Shown piece after piece: positions 38,657 to 48,647 of a DNA stretch of 64,000 nt (position 1 is the first letter of the stretch; each line of letters starts with the position of its first letter). The position numbers and the translations under genes are program-made. The stretch is from the IMG/VR virus record IMGVR_UViG_3300046808_001035; one strand, given 5' to 3'. This DNA is from a virus. The notes under the pieces are model-generated. The model did no database searches, was not told where the DNA came from, and saw only the letters and a program-made list of their open reading frames with translations.

Positions 38657-40999
38657 TTATATTTGTACTTTATAGCTAAACAGCGACTCTAGCTTAATTT
38701 CTCCTGGTTTATTATCAGGAGAAGGCATGTTTGTATAGTCTTTACTAACTTCTTTTTTCTCTAAATTAACTATACCTTCGGAAGCGCAATAGAACTCAGG
38801 GAACATTTCTGCTCCTGGGTATGGTAGTGTTGAGTTAACTTCTTTCTCTTCCCACTCAGTTAAGTTATAAAGCTCTGTGACTTGAGCGTCTTGCTGAGCT
38901 ATAGTCATGGGTATAGCGTCCTGCTCTTTAGACACTTTATATTTGTTAGACTTCAAAAACTTAAAAGTAAGTGCGTCGAAATTAGCTTCAAACTCGAAGG
39001 TGGTTTTATTTATAATGTCTTGCTTGTCTTCTTTGGCTTTTCCTAAAGAAGTAGTCAGCGTTGCAGTATCTAAAACTCCTTTAATGACGTCAACAAAAGT
39101 GCTCTTCTCGTCGTACTTAACTCCAAGGTTCTGGTCTTTCTGTCCAAGTACTGTAGATCCTGCGCCAGCCATCATGGCTCCTCCTTCAGCAATAACGAGA
39201 GTATTCTGCGCCATACCTAAGAGCATTCCGTCCGAGAAAAGATGGAGATTCTGCTTCCCGTATACAGTGGCTGTTTGATTTGCCACAACATCTATCGTGC
39301 CTATGGACTGTAGTAATAGCTGTCTCTTGGTATAGTCTAGAATGTCGTTTTCTGCGTAACGATAAATACTCAGCTTAGATTTGAGTACGATACCTCCTAC
39401 ATAGTCAATAGCCTCCTCAATAGGACTGGGGCTTCCTGGGGTATCTTGAGAGCCGTTAGCTTCAACTACAACGCCTCCGTTGTCAGAATAGAAGTACTGC
39501 GACTTGTCTGTTTTAATCCGTAGGCCTTCATCGGAAGAAGAAAGATCTAAATGATATTTACAGGCCATGTTGATGAACCCGCCCGCCTTAACTACAGTAT
39601 TCCGGAGGGGCTGCATCACCAGGTCTTTTGCTGGCTGAATATAGATGTTCCCTCCCTCCATTACTATAGAGGAATTCCAGGTATCTCGAATGGTTATGCC
39701 TCCGTTAGGCATTAAATATATTCCTGCAGTTTTTAGCTGGTACTGGTTAACAGTAGATGTCGTTTCCTGGTCCACTTTACCAAACTTACCCACATGCTCT
39801 TCCTTATCCACATCCTTGCTCACAAAAAAGTCTTTTTCGTGAGTGCTGAAGTTTTGGTAGTTTTCTTTTTCGTTGATGTACGCTAGGTAATCTCTTATCT
39901 GCAGCGCGTAGGCAAAAGGATTACCTTTGTAATTAAAATCTCTGTTAAACTCAAAAGGTTTTTTCGGTGTATAGTCTAGCTTTTGAGCATCATCACCTTC
40001 AGGATCATCCGGAGCGTATTGCCTGACAGGTACGCGTATCCAGTTGGTTTTTTCTATGAAAACCTCCTTAACACTACGCATATGCATTCCGCCGTCGGTA
40101 CCTACATGCAAGTTCCATAAACCTGTCTCTGTGGTTTCTTCTTTAACGTCGCCATTCAGTACTCTAGGAGATTCAGGATTAGGTCTTACTAGGAACAACT
40201 GGAGGAAGTCTCCAACGCTACCTAGGAACATCTTGAACCTTTCGACAGCCTTCATGCGCTCGTCTTGCACGAGTTCATAAAAGTCATCAGAGTCGTCGGG
40301 TTTGTGCTTACCTGTTTTGTCAAACGTTTTAAGACTTCCTTTATCGGATTCTACGGCAGGGCTACCATAAGACTCGGCTACTTTGTGTGTTGCTCCAAAC
40401 TCAGCCATCAAGCGCTTACCGTCATGGTAGATATTGTATTCTCCTAGAGCTGTGTAGTGTTGAAAATTGTGGCTTATAATTCTTACGAGATCGTCTAGTA
40501 AAAAGCACTGTACTTGTGCTAGCTCAGAAGCTTTTAAGACAGCCAACTGCTGATACAAACCTAAAAGTACGCCTAATTCGTTGCCTACGCTATACTCACC
40601 ATCAACAAGGTCGGTAGGTCTACGTAGATCGCACATCGAGCGTAAGTGCGCTTCGTGACCTATCCTGTTTGCTTTGTCGTCTAGAGCACAGCCTTGTCCT
40701 AGTGTTGATCTAGAAGGCATGGCTTCTACCTCAAGAGAAGCTTGCGGAATTGACCCTATAACAAAGCAACTTATAGCTGAATCTTCGACACACAGTACTC
40801 GTGCGCCTGGCTGAGGAAGCGTGCAGTCTTTAAACCCTAAAAAAGAAGACACTACACTAGCTACAACGACACCCTCGATCAAGTTGCCCATTTCCCCTGT
40901 ATTAGATGAGCCGTAGGACTCTCTGGCAACGACAACAGCTCTTGAACCAGCTTTTGAGGTAATAACTACCCCGGTAAATATATTTCTAGGTTGACTCAT
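38657..40999 (-). CDS. Putative baseplate central spike (gp5/VgrG/gpV-like)
   Basis: N-terminal OB-fold signature LPQPGARVLCV...CFVIGSIP; later short beta-helix-like repeats. Confidence 0.6.
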   Translation of the reverse strand: MSQPRNIFTGVVITSKAGSRAVVVARESYGSSNTGEMGNLIEGVVVASVVSSFLGFKDCTLPQPGARVLCVEDSAISCFVIGSIPQASLEVEAMPSRSTLGQGCALDDKANRIGHEAHLRSMCDLRRPTDLVDGEYSVGNELGVLLGLYQQLAVLKASELAQVQCFLLDDLVRIISHNFQHYTALGEYNIYHDGKRLMAEFGATHKVAESYGSPAVESDKGSLKTFDKTGKHKPDDSDDFYELVQDERMKAVERFKMFLGSVGDFLQLFLVRPNPESPRVLNGDVKEETTETGLWNLHVGTDGGMHMRSVKEVFIEKTNWIRVPVRQYAPDDPEGDDAQKLDYTPKKPFEFNRDFNYKGNPFAYALQIRDYLAYINEKENYQNFSTHEKDFFVSKDVDKEEHVGKFGKVDQETTSTVNQYQLKTAGIYLMPNGGITIRDTWNSSIVMEGGNIYIQPAKDLVMQPLRNTVVKAGGFINMACKYHLDLSSSDEGLRIKTDKSQYFYSDNGGVVVEANGSQDTPGSPSPIEEAIDYVGGIVLKSKLSIYRYAENDILDYTKRQLLLQSIGTIDVVANQTATVYGKQNLHLFSDGMLLGMAQNTLVIAEGGAMMAGAGSTVLGQKDQNLGVKYDEKSTFVDVIKGVLDTATLTTSLGKAKEDKQDIINKTTFEFEANFDALTFKFLKSNKYKVSKEQDAIPMTIAQQDAQVTELYNLTEWEEKEVNSTLPYPGAEMFPEFYCASEGIVNLEKKEVSKDYTNMPSPDNKPGEIKLESLFSYKVQI

Positions 41000-41004
41000 A
41001 ATAA

Positions 41005-41037
41005 AGGCCTCAGTCTCACTATAGAAGACTGAGGCCT
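41005..41037 (-). terminator. Hairpin terminator/attenuator between tube and spike genes
   Basis: 12-bp perfect stem AGGCCTCAGTCT / AGACTGAGGCCT followed by TTATT and then the spike ATG. Confidence 0.65.
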
Positions 41038-41067
41038 ATTAGCAAGCAGATATTTAGGGTAGCAAGA

Positions 41068-41478
41068 CTAACTTAAGGAGACGAAATCAATCACCACGTT
41101 CTCCATAACAGTCATCCCGTCTGTTTCTGCGGTGATTGTGTACTGAGACACAACGCAACCTGTTGCTGTAACTCCTCCGCCACCAGAAGCGCAGCTACCT
41201 GCATTAAATGTTATTGTAGTTGGTGTACAAGCCTGAAAGCCTGCAGCGCCCTTCACAAGACTGCCAATAACCAACTTCTGGATATTGATCTGTCCTGTGG
41301 GTTGGCTGGCCCATACGATAGCTCCACCATTACCCATGGAGCGGCGCTTGTTAATTTGCTGGTTGTAACTAATACTTACCTGTACGGCCCCAGCAACACT
41401 ACCTCCCCAGCCAATAGTACTCTTATCGGCTGTTGCTGGCGTACTTACATTTGAGCTAAATCCATAAATATCTGACAT
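41068..41478 (-). CDS. Tail tube protein (probable)
   Basis: 136-aa beta-rich protein (VQVSISYNQQINKRRSMG...GCVVSQYTIT...MENVVIDF) downstream of sheath, with its own promoter and a downstream hairpin. Confidence 0.65.
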   Translation of the reverse strand: MSDIYGFSSNVSTPATADKSTIGWGGSVAGAVQVSISYNQQINKRRSMGNGGAIVWASQPTGQINIQKLVIGSLVKGAAGFQACTPTTITFNAGSCASGGGGVTATGCVVSQYTITAETDGMTVMENVVIDFVSLS

Positions 41479-41520
41479 AGTGTTATAATGGTTAGTTGTT
41501 TATCTTGTTATCTATCTTTA

Positions 41521-41549
41521 ATTTTACCTTACCGAACGAAGAAATACAA
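41521..41549 (-). promoter_or_regulatory. Sigma70-like promoter for the tube gene
   Basis: TTGTAT-17 nt-TAAAAT followed by an A/C-rich leader. Confidence 0.55.
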
Positions 41550-41555
41550 TAAAAT

Positions 41556-41759
41556 TTACTTTAATAAACCTAGCGCTCTAGCAACATCTTCAAAATTAGT
41601 ATCTTCTCCCTTCGTATATCTCACCCAACCTTTGCCTTCAGCAATCATTCGATATATCACGTTAGGTTTTCCGTCGTCCGAGTAAATTAGTAGTGCGGTA
41701 GCTTTATCTGTCGACAGTAATACAGGCTCTCTAAAATCACCTACAACAACAACACGCAT
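41556..41759 (-). CDS. Small hypothetical protein
   Basis: 67 aa, 2-nt gap from the upstream gene. Confidence 0.65.
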   Translation of the reverse strand: MRVVVVGDFREPVLLSTDKATALLIYSDDGKPNVIYRMIAEGKGWVRYTKGEDTNFEDVARALGLLK

Positions 41760-41761
41760 AG

Positions 41762-42013
41762 TTATAATTGAATTCTATGTTTGGCGGCACTCATGTGCTT
41801 ATCTATGAAGTCTTGTTTTAGCATTTCTTTTAAGGCTTCTAGGTCTGCGGGCAAAACTTGCTCGTCTTCGTTTTCTTCTGAATCTGGTAAACGCTTAAAC
41901 AACTGGTGCTCGTGATCCTGCAAATATGCGCTTTTCAGGATACGGGACGCTTCTTGTGCAGTCATCCCGTATTCCTGAGCAGCAGATAAGAACCCTAATT
42001 CAAAGCCAGTCAT
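41762..42013 (-). CDS. Small protein with the '(Y/F)xxGF' helical module
   Basis: FELGFLSAAQEYGMTAQEASRILKSA matches modules in 49307..49462 and 50972..52783. Confidence 0.7.
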   Translation of the reverse strand: MTGFELGFLSAAQEYGMTAQEASRILKSAYLQDHEHQLFKRLPDSEENEDEQVLPADLEALKEMLKQDFIDKHMSAAKHRIQL

Positions 42014-42015
42014 AT

Positions 42016-44907
42016 CTAGCCTACAAGCAATCTGAGATTGATGTAGTTCAACGGATACGGCACATGCAGTCTGACTTCAACATCCACTCTATCTTTGTAG
42101 GTGGCGTTTTGTTCAATTCTGACGATGTCATCCTTCTCTACGAAGCTAACCAGCTGATTACCTGCGCGAGCGACATACGTATCGTTAGCTCTAAACCTAA
42201 GTTGAGCTGCGATAGCATAGCGGATTTCGAGGATGTTCTCAGGGTTGACGTTGTACCTACCGATGAACGGAGCAAGTACGTCTTTTAGCGCGTAGCTGAT
42301 AGAATCTACGTTAGTAGTGATAGAGTCTTCCGAGGTGTTCAAGCTACGTTCATCAGTTGTGAGCTGATGTCTGACATAAGGGGTAGCGCCAACCACTTCC
42401 TGAGTGATAAGCCAGATACCTTTCTCAGCCATTAAGTCTAGCTCGCTCTGAGAGAATTCAAGAACAACCTTACTCAAGTCTGTAGCTCCCAGGAATTCTG
42501 AGTTTGTTAATCCTTGGTGAGGGACAACTCCAGATCTAAGCCCTGCAAGTCCTGCCGCAGCAATATAACCTTGCTTAGTCACAGAGACTTCGCCCAAGGC
42601 TGCGTTACCGTACTTGTAGGTATCAGGGAAAACAACACGCACGCGACGGTTGTTGTAATTTCCGCCAATAGCTGCAATGTTTGCGGCTCTTTCAGACCTT
42701 GTGTAGTTCCTAACAACCTGAATCTTAGTCTTAGCCGCTGCAGGGATTTCTCTGCTAAGTTTGGTAGTGATCAGTAACTGAGTGTTTGTACGTACACGGT
42801 CTACAACATATTCGTCATAAACATGCTCACCATCAGCATTAAGTCTAAAATTAATTCTGATTGTGTCGTTGGGACGGATACCATCGTCAATAAACTTAGC
42901 TCCTTCAACAGTAACTAAGTTAATCTGAGTTCCGCTAACTGCAGTGTTGTCTGTAATTGTTGCGTAGTAAGAATCTCCATTTTCGTCGAGGTCATACATG
43001 AGCTTGGTCTTCTGATCTGGAACAGAGAGCCAGGCAATTCTCCAGCGGCCAACATCAGGAGTGCTGTAAGCATTAACATGAGCCACTACAGCATCTTGAA
43101 TTGTGCGGTCAAATGTTAGAGGTACAAAACTGTACACTTTATCGCTCTTCTCTGAAATTTGAATAGCTTCCGCGTATCCAGCGAGGTCATCTGTCTGCAC
43201 ACCGATAAAGTAAACTTGCATGTTTTGCGCGTTTAATACAGCGTCATAAACTCCTTGAGCGAGAGGATTGTCTGGGTGTACTGTTCCGAGTTTCTCTGTT
43301 ATCGAGGCTAAATCTCTAACTGAATCGATTGCGCTGCTTGTGCCTTGCAAGAGATCTCTATGCTCAACGAATAACTTGGCGGCTAAAACAGGAAGTCTCG
43401 CTGGTTCTGAGGAAGAAGCAAGGAGGCTGTTATTATATGTGGTTATATCGCTGTTAATAGTGATATGCGCGTCTTCTTGTGTCCAATTCCTGGCGTCTGT
43501 GGATATATCTTTAATGGCAGGAATCTGGATAGACTTCTGGGTAAGAGATAGAGAAGCATTAAGCTCTACTAAAGGGTCAAACATCGCTGTCGGCAGAGAT
43601 TCAGAAAGTTCTACAATACTATAAGGTCCGAAGGATTCTGCGACTACAGGAACGTAGTAGGTATTTCCAGCGATAAGATAATCTCCTGACACACCTGCAG
43701 TGAACCTTGCCTTAGCTCCAAGGCTGCCTAAGTTAAAATATTCATTTTTCTTAGGCAGGATAATCGAGGAGGTGTCTATGTCTGAGGCTTTAATAAGCAG
43801 TTTTGCACAGGTGTCTGCATTATTCTGTGCAGGATCGTAGAACAATCCTCCGCGAGTAACGGTAATCGTATAAGTTTGACTGACTGAACCTGTATAGTCG
43901 CCGTCTGTATCTGGTAGCGCCGCCGAAATGGGTGCCCTGAAATTTGGTATCGTCCAGATAGTTCCGACTACAAGAGCAGCGCTGTCAGTATCGAACTCAA
44001 GTTTAACTTCACAACCATCTTCGTCGTCGATAACTAAAGTGTAGACTGTACCTGTAGAAGGAAGGGTGAACTTTACTCCGGTCTTTGTAGTGAAAGCTGA
44101 ACTGGCTGAAGAAATGGAGAATTCCCAGTCTTCAGGGTCGTGACCTGCTCTAGTGGATGTAACGGTATATGTGTCACTAAAAATACCTAAAGACGAATGC
44201 CCTTTGTATGCGGTAGACTCATTGGTCACAATCACTGTAGACCCAGACGCTCCAGATGGTACAGGAGTAGCTGCGTAGTATTCGTTGGTCGGTGCAGGGT
44301 TGGAGCTGTCGGCTGTGGCGTCATCCACAACTGAAGCGTAGTCATTTGAAATCAAACTATTTTCAGGCAGAATTGCTTTAACTTTGGCTTTAACGGAAAC
44401 GGGGTTAGCACCTGAGGTAGAAACTTCGATGATGTCGCCGACAGTAACATCACGATTAGAGAAAAAATTTGAGCGAGACTCGCCATTACCTGTCTTGAGT
44501 ATAGCATTCTTAAAGCGGACTTGGTTCGTGCTATTCTCTCCTGACTCAGTCGGCACCAATGCGACGTCATTTTGTGTAGGTAAGTTACTGTTTAACTCAG
44601 CATTCGGGAAATACTGAGCCTCAACAGCTTCAGCATAAACTTTAGTGTAACTATGGTCTACGTTTCCACCTGCAGGGACGTTAGGGAAGTCGTACGTTGT
44701 GTCTGCATCGGAGATATACGCGTTACCAGTGGCTAAGGCTCCACCATTGTAGGTTCCTAGGGCCGTGAACGGTCTTTCAGCGTCTACACTGTATCTGGTT
44801 AGTGCGTAGTTAGGTCCGATAATGAACGCAGGTAACGGATATTCTCTATATACAGGGAGCTGTAAAAATTCCTGCTGAATCTTAACTCTAGGTGTGATGT
44901 ATGCCAT
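42016..44907 (-). CDS. Tail sheath protein
   Basis: N-terminal MAYITPRVKIQQEF; C-terminal sheath domain (YIAAAGLAGLRSG...HQGLTN...ELDLMAEKGIWLI...VRHQLTT...PYPLNYINLRL); 963 aa with large insertions. Confidence 0.88.
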   Translation of the reverse strand: MAYITPRVKIQQEFLQLPVYREYPLPAFIIGPNYALTRYSVDAERPFTALGTYNGGALATGNAYISDADTTYDFPNVPAGGNVDHSYTKVYAEAVEAQYFPNAELNSNLPTQNDVALVPTESGENSTNQVRFKNAILKTGNGESRSNFFSNRDVTVGDIIEVSTSGANPVSVKAKVKAILPENSLISNDYASVVDDATADSSNPAPTNEYYAATPVPSGASGSTVIVTNESTAYKGHSSLGIFSDTYTVTSTRAGHDPEDWEFSISSASSAFTTKTGVKFTLPSTGTVYTLVIDDEDGCEVKLEFDTDSAALVVGTIWTIPNFRAPISAALPDTDGDYTGSVSQTYTITVTRGGLFYDPAQNNADTCAKLLIKASDIDTSSIILPKKNEYFNLGSLGAKARFTAGVSGDYLIAGNTYYVPVVAESFGPYSIVELSESLPTAMFDPLVELNASLSLTQKSIQIPAIKDISTDARNWTQEDAHITINSDITTYNNSLLASSSEPARLPVLAAKLFVEHRDLLQGTSSAIDSVRDLASITEKLGTVHPDNPLAQGVYDAVLNAQNMQVYFIGVQTDDLAGYAEAIQISEKSDKVYSFVPLTFDRTIQDAVVAHVNAYSTPDVGRWRIAWLSVPDQKTKLMYDLDENGDSYYATITDNTAVSGTQINLVTVEGAKFIDDGIRPNDTIRINFRLNADGEHVYDEYVVDRVRTNTQLLITTKLSREIPAAAKTKIQVVRNYTRSERAANIAAIGGNYNNRRVRVVFPDTYKYGNAALGEVSVTKQGYIAAAGLAGLRSGVVPHQGLTNSEFLGATDLSKVVLEFSQSELDLMAEKGIWLITQEVVGATPYVRHQLTTDERSLNTSEDSITTNVDSISYALKDVLAPFIGRYNVNPENILEIRYAIAAQLRFRANDTYVARAGNQLVSFVEKDDIVRIEQNATYKDRVDVEVRLHVPYPLNYINLRLLVG

Positions 44908-44944
44908 AATGTTTGTGGTGTAGATTGCTGAGCTATATTTAACA

Positions 44945-44973
44945 ATATTAATTTAAAATACCTACCGGAGCAA
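44945..44973 (-). promoter_or_regulatory. Sigma70-like promoter for the sheath gene
   Basis: TTGCTC-17 nt-TAATAT in the intergenic gap. Confidence 0.45.
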
Positions 44974-44979
44974 CACTTT

Positions 44980-45663
44980 TTATTGTTGTTCTAAAGGTTG
45001 TTCTGCAAAATTAGTGTACACTGTGTAGGCTACAGTTTTTAGTCTCAAGTCGTCGCGCTTAATTGTTGCTCCCATGTCGAAAGTAGCTAGTAACTGTATC
45101 TGTACAGCAAAGTGGTCTTTGCTTTCTAAGTATAGCGAAGGAGGCGTCATACCTACAAGTTTAAATTGTCTTAAGCAAAAGTCGTTTTTAATGACTTCCT
45201 GATACCTGAGAAATATTTTGAATATGTACTCGGCTAATTGCTCTGTGAATCCTACGTTAGTAGCGACCACAGTCAATATTATAGGCATATCTAGCATCGC
45301 AAACCTAGTCTTTTCAGAATCTCTAGGATTTAACGCAGTGACCTGATTAATGGTCGGGAACTTAAAATTAATTTCGCCTCTAGATACAAATATCGCAGGT
45401 CTTTTCTGTACGACTACGTCTTTATAGTGATAAGCAATTTCAAGAGCTATGCCTGTCTTGAGTTCGTCTGGGTCATACGTTTGCGTGAATCTGTAACCCT
45501 CTTTCTGTGGAGAGTTTTCAGTCATGTAATTTTTAATTACCTCATAGCAAATATTTTGCACTGTCCATGGGGTAAGAATAATTTCTTTAACGTCTTTCTC
45601 TTCTGTCTCACGGACATAAGGAGAAACGTAAACAACTGGAGGTTTGCTTTCGCTTTCGTGCAT
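44980..45663 (-). CDS. Putative tail terminator/completion protein
   Basis: 227 aa just upstream of sheath; KRPAIFVSRG motif. Confidence 0.55.
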   Translation of the reverse strand: MHESESKPPVVYVSPYVRETEEKDVKEIILTPWTVQNICYEVIKNYMTENSPQKEGYRFTQTYDPDELKTGIALEIAYHYKDVVVQKRPAIFVSRGEINFKFPTINQVTALNPRDSEKTRFAMLDMPIILTVVATNVGFTEQLAEYIFKIFLRYQEVIKNDFCLRQFKLVGMTPPSLYLESKDHFAVQIQLLATFDMGATIKRDDLRLKTVAYTVYTNFAEQPLEQQ

Positions 45664-45665
45664 AA

Positions 45666-46490
45666 CTAGAGAGCGACAGGGATAGCTATAGAGTATACCG
45701 TGTCAGTAGAGGGAATTAGGTTCATTGAAGCTTTCTGAGTCAGAGTGATATTCGTACCTGGGAACTGCTTTGCTCCTTTTGACTGTATGCTATAGCGCGC
45801 ACCGTCTTTGGCAGAGCAAATCACGTCTCTGACCTCAACAATTGGATACCCTGGAAGTCTCACTATCGTTGTAAATGTCTCTTTTACGCCGACTCCTTGA
45901 GGGTCGAGCTGTTTGTCTTGTTGTGAGCTCTCTATATAATACGTGCAGGGAACAGGAGCATAAAACCCTTCGTCAATACCTACACCATAATCCTCATGGG
46001 CCGTGTCTGTTATAGGTACACCACTTACAGGGTCTACGTTTTGGTAAGCTACTGTTTTAGTTTTAGAGCCGAAGATTTTACGCTTAAGTAGCCAGGCCTC
46101 ATTGCCTGCGTAGCGACAAACAGTGATCTCTTTTCTGATCACTTCAGCAGCCATTGCGTATTTACGGTGCTCTTGTCGTGTAGCGCTAAAAAGTGTTGGA
46201 AGTGACCTATACATTCTGTTATCTGCGGTCTGCAAAGTGATTCTATAGGCATAATAGGGTGACCACGACTGGCGGATCTTGAAGTCGTCCACAGCAAAGA
46301 ATACTTCACCAAGATTAAGTTTGCTTGCGGCCACTTCTGAAAAGTCTATAGCCTCAGAAATCTCTAGACTGAAATTGTATGGTCTAGTACCTTTAAAAAA
46401 AGGGTCTAGCTCCCATTGAATAAAATGGCCGTTAACCCAGTCAGGGATAACATTTATTTTTCTAAAAACCTTATTAGCTTCGCCGATCAT
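45666..46490 (-). CDS. Putative head closure/neck protein
   Basis: 274 aa in neck position; GIDEGFYAP and YPIVEVRDVI...RYSI patterns. Confidence 0.5.
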   Translation of the reverse strand: MIGEANKVFRKINVIPDWVNGHFIQWELDPFFKGTRPYNFSLEISEAIDFSEVAASKLNLGEVFFAVDDFKIRQSWSPYYAYRITLQTADNRMYRSLPTLFSATRQEHRKYAMAAEVIRKEITVCRYAGNEAWLLKRKIFGSKTKTVAYQNVDPVSGVPITDTAHEDYGVGIDEGFYAPVPCTYYIESSQQDKQLDPQGVGVKETFTTIVRLPGYPIVEVRDVICSAKDGARYSIQSKGAKQFPGTNITLTQKASMNLIPSTDTVYSIAIPVAL

Positions 46491-46495
46491 AAAGG

Positions 46496-46834
46496 CTAAA
46501 AATTATGATACTCAGGGTTAGTTTGTGCCGCACCTGGTACGTATAGCATAGTATGCCCATTATGAATAGACCTAGCGTCGTGAACCATAATATTTATAGG
46601 CATCTCACCAAAAGCATGAGTGTGCTGTGCTAATCCCTTGAAGATGCCATAGCCTTCATCAGGTTGGCTAGACTTGGTTATTTTGGCGGGTTCATCAAAA
46701 CCATGGATGCTTTTAACAGGCTTTTTCTGAGCTAGGCGTGCGCGTATTTTCCTAAGTCCTGATTTATTAACTTTCAAGACTCTGATGGCATCTATTACAC
46801 CTCCAGCTGACTGTTGTAATCCAGATTCTTCCAT
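46496..46834 (-). CDS. Hypothetical protein (neck region)
   Basis: 112 aa, TAATG-coupled to the upstream gene. Confidence 0.6.
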   Translation of the reverse strand: MEESGLQQSAGGVIDAIRVLKVNKSGLRKIRARLAQKKPVKSIHGFDEPAKITKSSQPDEGYGIFKGLAQHTHAFGEMPINIMVHDARSIHNGHTMLYVPGAAQTNPEYHNF

Positions 46835-47280
46835 TAGTATCTACGTCTGTAAATATATTCAGAGTGTTTAACTCCGTAAATTTGTGAAATATTCTGATTC
46901 ATCTTTATCTGCTGCCCTAACTCTTTGAAGTCTTGCTGTAGGTTTTGGGCAAGCGACATAAATATCTGGGCCTTGTCTTTATCGTTAACCTGTATACCGT
47001 CAGCAGAATATGTTAACTGGTTGGCTGCCTCATTAATAGCTCCTGACCTAAGCAGATAAGCAGCTGTGCCTAGTAAGAGTAGAGATCTGTACGGAAATGA
47101 CTCGATAGAGTACATGATACCTGTAGGAGGGTTCATCAGGTTGTAGTAATCTACCGTATTGATCATTGCCTGCTCGATCATCTCAGGCGTAAATCTGATT
47201 CCTAGCAAAAGAGGGTTGAGTTCTTCTCTATCCTGAAGGAAGAGCCTAACTTCTTCGCTTGTTAAAATTGGGGCAGCCAT
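46834..47280 (-). CDS. Putative head-tail adaptor protein
   Basis: 148-aa helical protein (EVRLFLQD...LLLLGTAAYLL...YSADGIQV) downstream of the capsid gene. Confidence 0.6.
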   Translation of the reverse strand: MAAPILTSEEVRLFLQDREELNPLLLGIRFTPEMIEQAMINTVDYYNLMNPPTGIMYSIESFPYRSLLLLGTAAYLLRSGAINEAANQLTYSADGIQVNDKDKAQIFMSLAQNLQQDFKELGQQIKMNQNISQIYGVKHSEYIYRRRY

Positions 47281-47284
47281 AAGG

Positions 47285-47560
47285 TTATTTGAAAGAGTTA
47301 AAAGTCATTTTTTTAGGTGACGCATTAGACGTAGGGACCTTGCTTAAGGGCTGAGACATTTGAGGTGCAGCCTGCGTACTGATAGCATTTGTTTCGTTTA
47401 CTCTAGCTACTGGCTGTCCTGCCGCTGGAGCAGAGCTAACTTGTCCCGACTGTTCTGTAGACTCGCCTGTAGTCAACCCTGTGTGAGGAGCGTTCATAGC
47501 GACCGCAGACTTTTCAATAAAAGCTGCGAACTCACTAAGAATATTTTCGAAGTTATTCAT
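47285..47560 (-). CDS. Small low-complexity protein
   Basis: 91 aa; N-terminal helix ending EKSA, then a disordered S/T/Q/P tail; likely leaderless transcript. Confidence 0.6.
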   Translation of the reverse strand: MNNFENILSEFAAFIEKSAVAMNAPHTGLTTGESTEQSGQVSSAPAAGQPVARVNETNAISTQAAPQMSQPLSKVPTSNASPKKMTFNSFK

Positions 47561-47566
47561 AGATAA

Positions 47567-47594
47567 ATTATACCGTATTTATTGACTATATCAA
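47567..47594 (-). promoter_or_regulatory. Sigma70-like promoter, probably giving a leaderless mRNA
   Basis: TTGATA-16 nt-TATAAT, 6 nt before the ATG, right after the capsid terminator. Confidence 0.6.
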
Positions 47595-47610
47595 GAGACA
47601 TATAGAAAAC

Positions 47611-47637
47611 AAAAAAGGGACCCGAAGGTCCCTTTTT
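47611..47637 (-). terminator. Rho-independent terminator after the major capsid gene
   Basis: AAAAAGGGACC-TTCG-GGTCCCTTTTTT; cUUCGg tetraloop with U tract. Confidence 0.9.
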
Positions 47638-47663
47638 CTAACGCTACGCTAATTGTTGGTGTA

Positions 47664-48623
47664 TTAACCGTTGAAGTCGACTTTCACAACACCCTTCACG
47701 TTGCCGATGGCAAGCGAGAGGTTCATGTACTGGAAGTACTCAAGGAAGTAAGCTTCGTTCTTCATGAACACTGTGAGAGGCTGTAGTCTGTAGTACTTGC
47801 CGAAGAACTCTTCGGAAGAGAACAGATAGATAACGCCGTCAGGGACGAGGTCACGCTTGATTGTGTAGATAGGCTTCACACCCAAGAGAGTCTTGGAAGG
47901 AAGGCCATTAACGAACATATCCTGTGCGAGGTCGCCACCAACTTCAGAGCGGCTCATCTTGACGAAGTCGTCTGCTGTAACATTGTTCATCAACATCACT
48001 CCTTTGGTTTCTCCACCATCAGGCTGAGAAGGACCGAAAGGAACACGGAGACGCTTAATAACCTTAAACGCTTCAGCCATGTTTTCACGAGTGATACCTC
48101 CAGAAATAGTGACATTCTGTGGAAGCCCAAGGCCATTCAATGGGTTAGCTGTATTAACAGCTCCGATGATGCTATCGACACGAGTCATGAAACGTGTGTC
48201 GATTTCAGTAGCAATGTCCTTTGTAGACAACTCGAGCATGATTGCACGAATGTCGTAATCATACCCACGAAGCTGGTCGATGTCCTTGTTGTACTTAGGG
48301 CTCGTGATACGAGTGAAGTAGGAAGGATAACGAGTACCAGCGAACTGGAACATGTCAGGCACAACTCCGAGAGGGATTGTGACAGCAGGAGCAGTATCAG
48401 GTTCACGGTCGTTCCACTTAACAAGTAACTCAGGATTCTCGGCCTTGTCGAGGTCATCATTGCTGATGTCGATAGGGGTAATGATCTTTTCTGTGAAGCT
48501 TTCTTCACGAAGCTTGTTACGAGTAAAAGACTGCATACTGACAGCTGCCTTCTTTTCTTCACCAGCCTTCACCATCTCAAGGAAGGTGTCGTTGAACACT
48601 TTTTGGTTTGCGATTTTTTCCAT
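47664..48623 (-). CDS. Major capsid protein (HK97-fold, probable)
   Basis: 319 aa; order protease-scaffold-decoration-capsid-terminator-neck; TRNKLREESFTEKII, KDIATEIDTRFM backbone helix, C-terminal LAIGNVKGVVKVDF; codons biased as for a highly expressed gene. Confidence 0.8.
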   Translation of the reverse strand: MEKIANQKVFNDTFLEMVKAGEEKKAAVSMQSFTRNKLREESFTEKIITPIDISNDDLDKAENPELLVKWNDREPDTAPAVTIPLGVVPDMFQFAGTRYPSYFTRITSPKYNKDIDQLRGYDYDIRAIMLELSTKDIATEIDTRFMTRVDSIIGAVNTANPLNGLGLPQNVTISGGITRENMAEAFKVIKRLRVPFGPSQPDGGETKGVMLMNNVTADDFVKMSRSEVGGDLAQDMFVNGLPSKTLLGVKPIYTIKRDLVPDGVIYLFSSEEFFGKYYRLQPLTVFMKNEAYFLEYFQYMNLSLAIGNVKGVVKVDFNG

Positions 48624-48647
48624 ATAGTTATTTTGTTACTGGTTTAA

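Noticed and set aside
27901-44907. Extracellular contractile injection system, tailocin or T6SS locus
   Set aside because: Capsid, protease, scaffold, neck and terminase genes are present and no bacterial housekeeping context is seen, so this is a phage tail.
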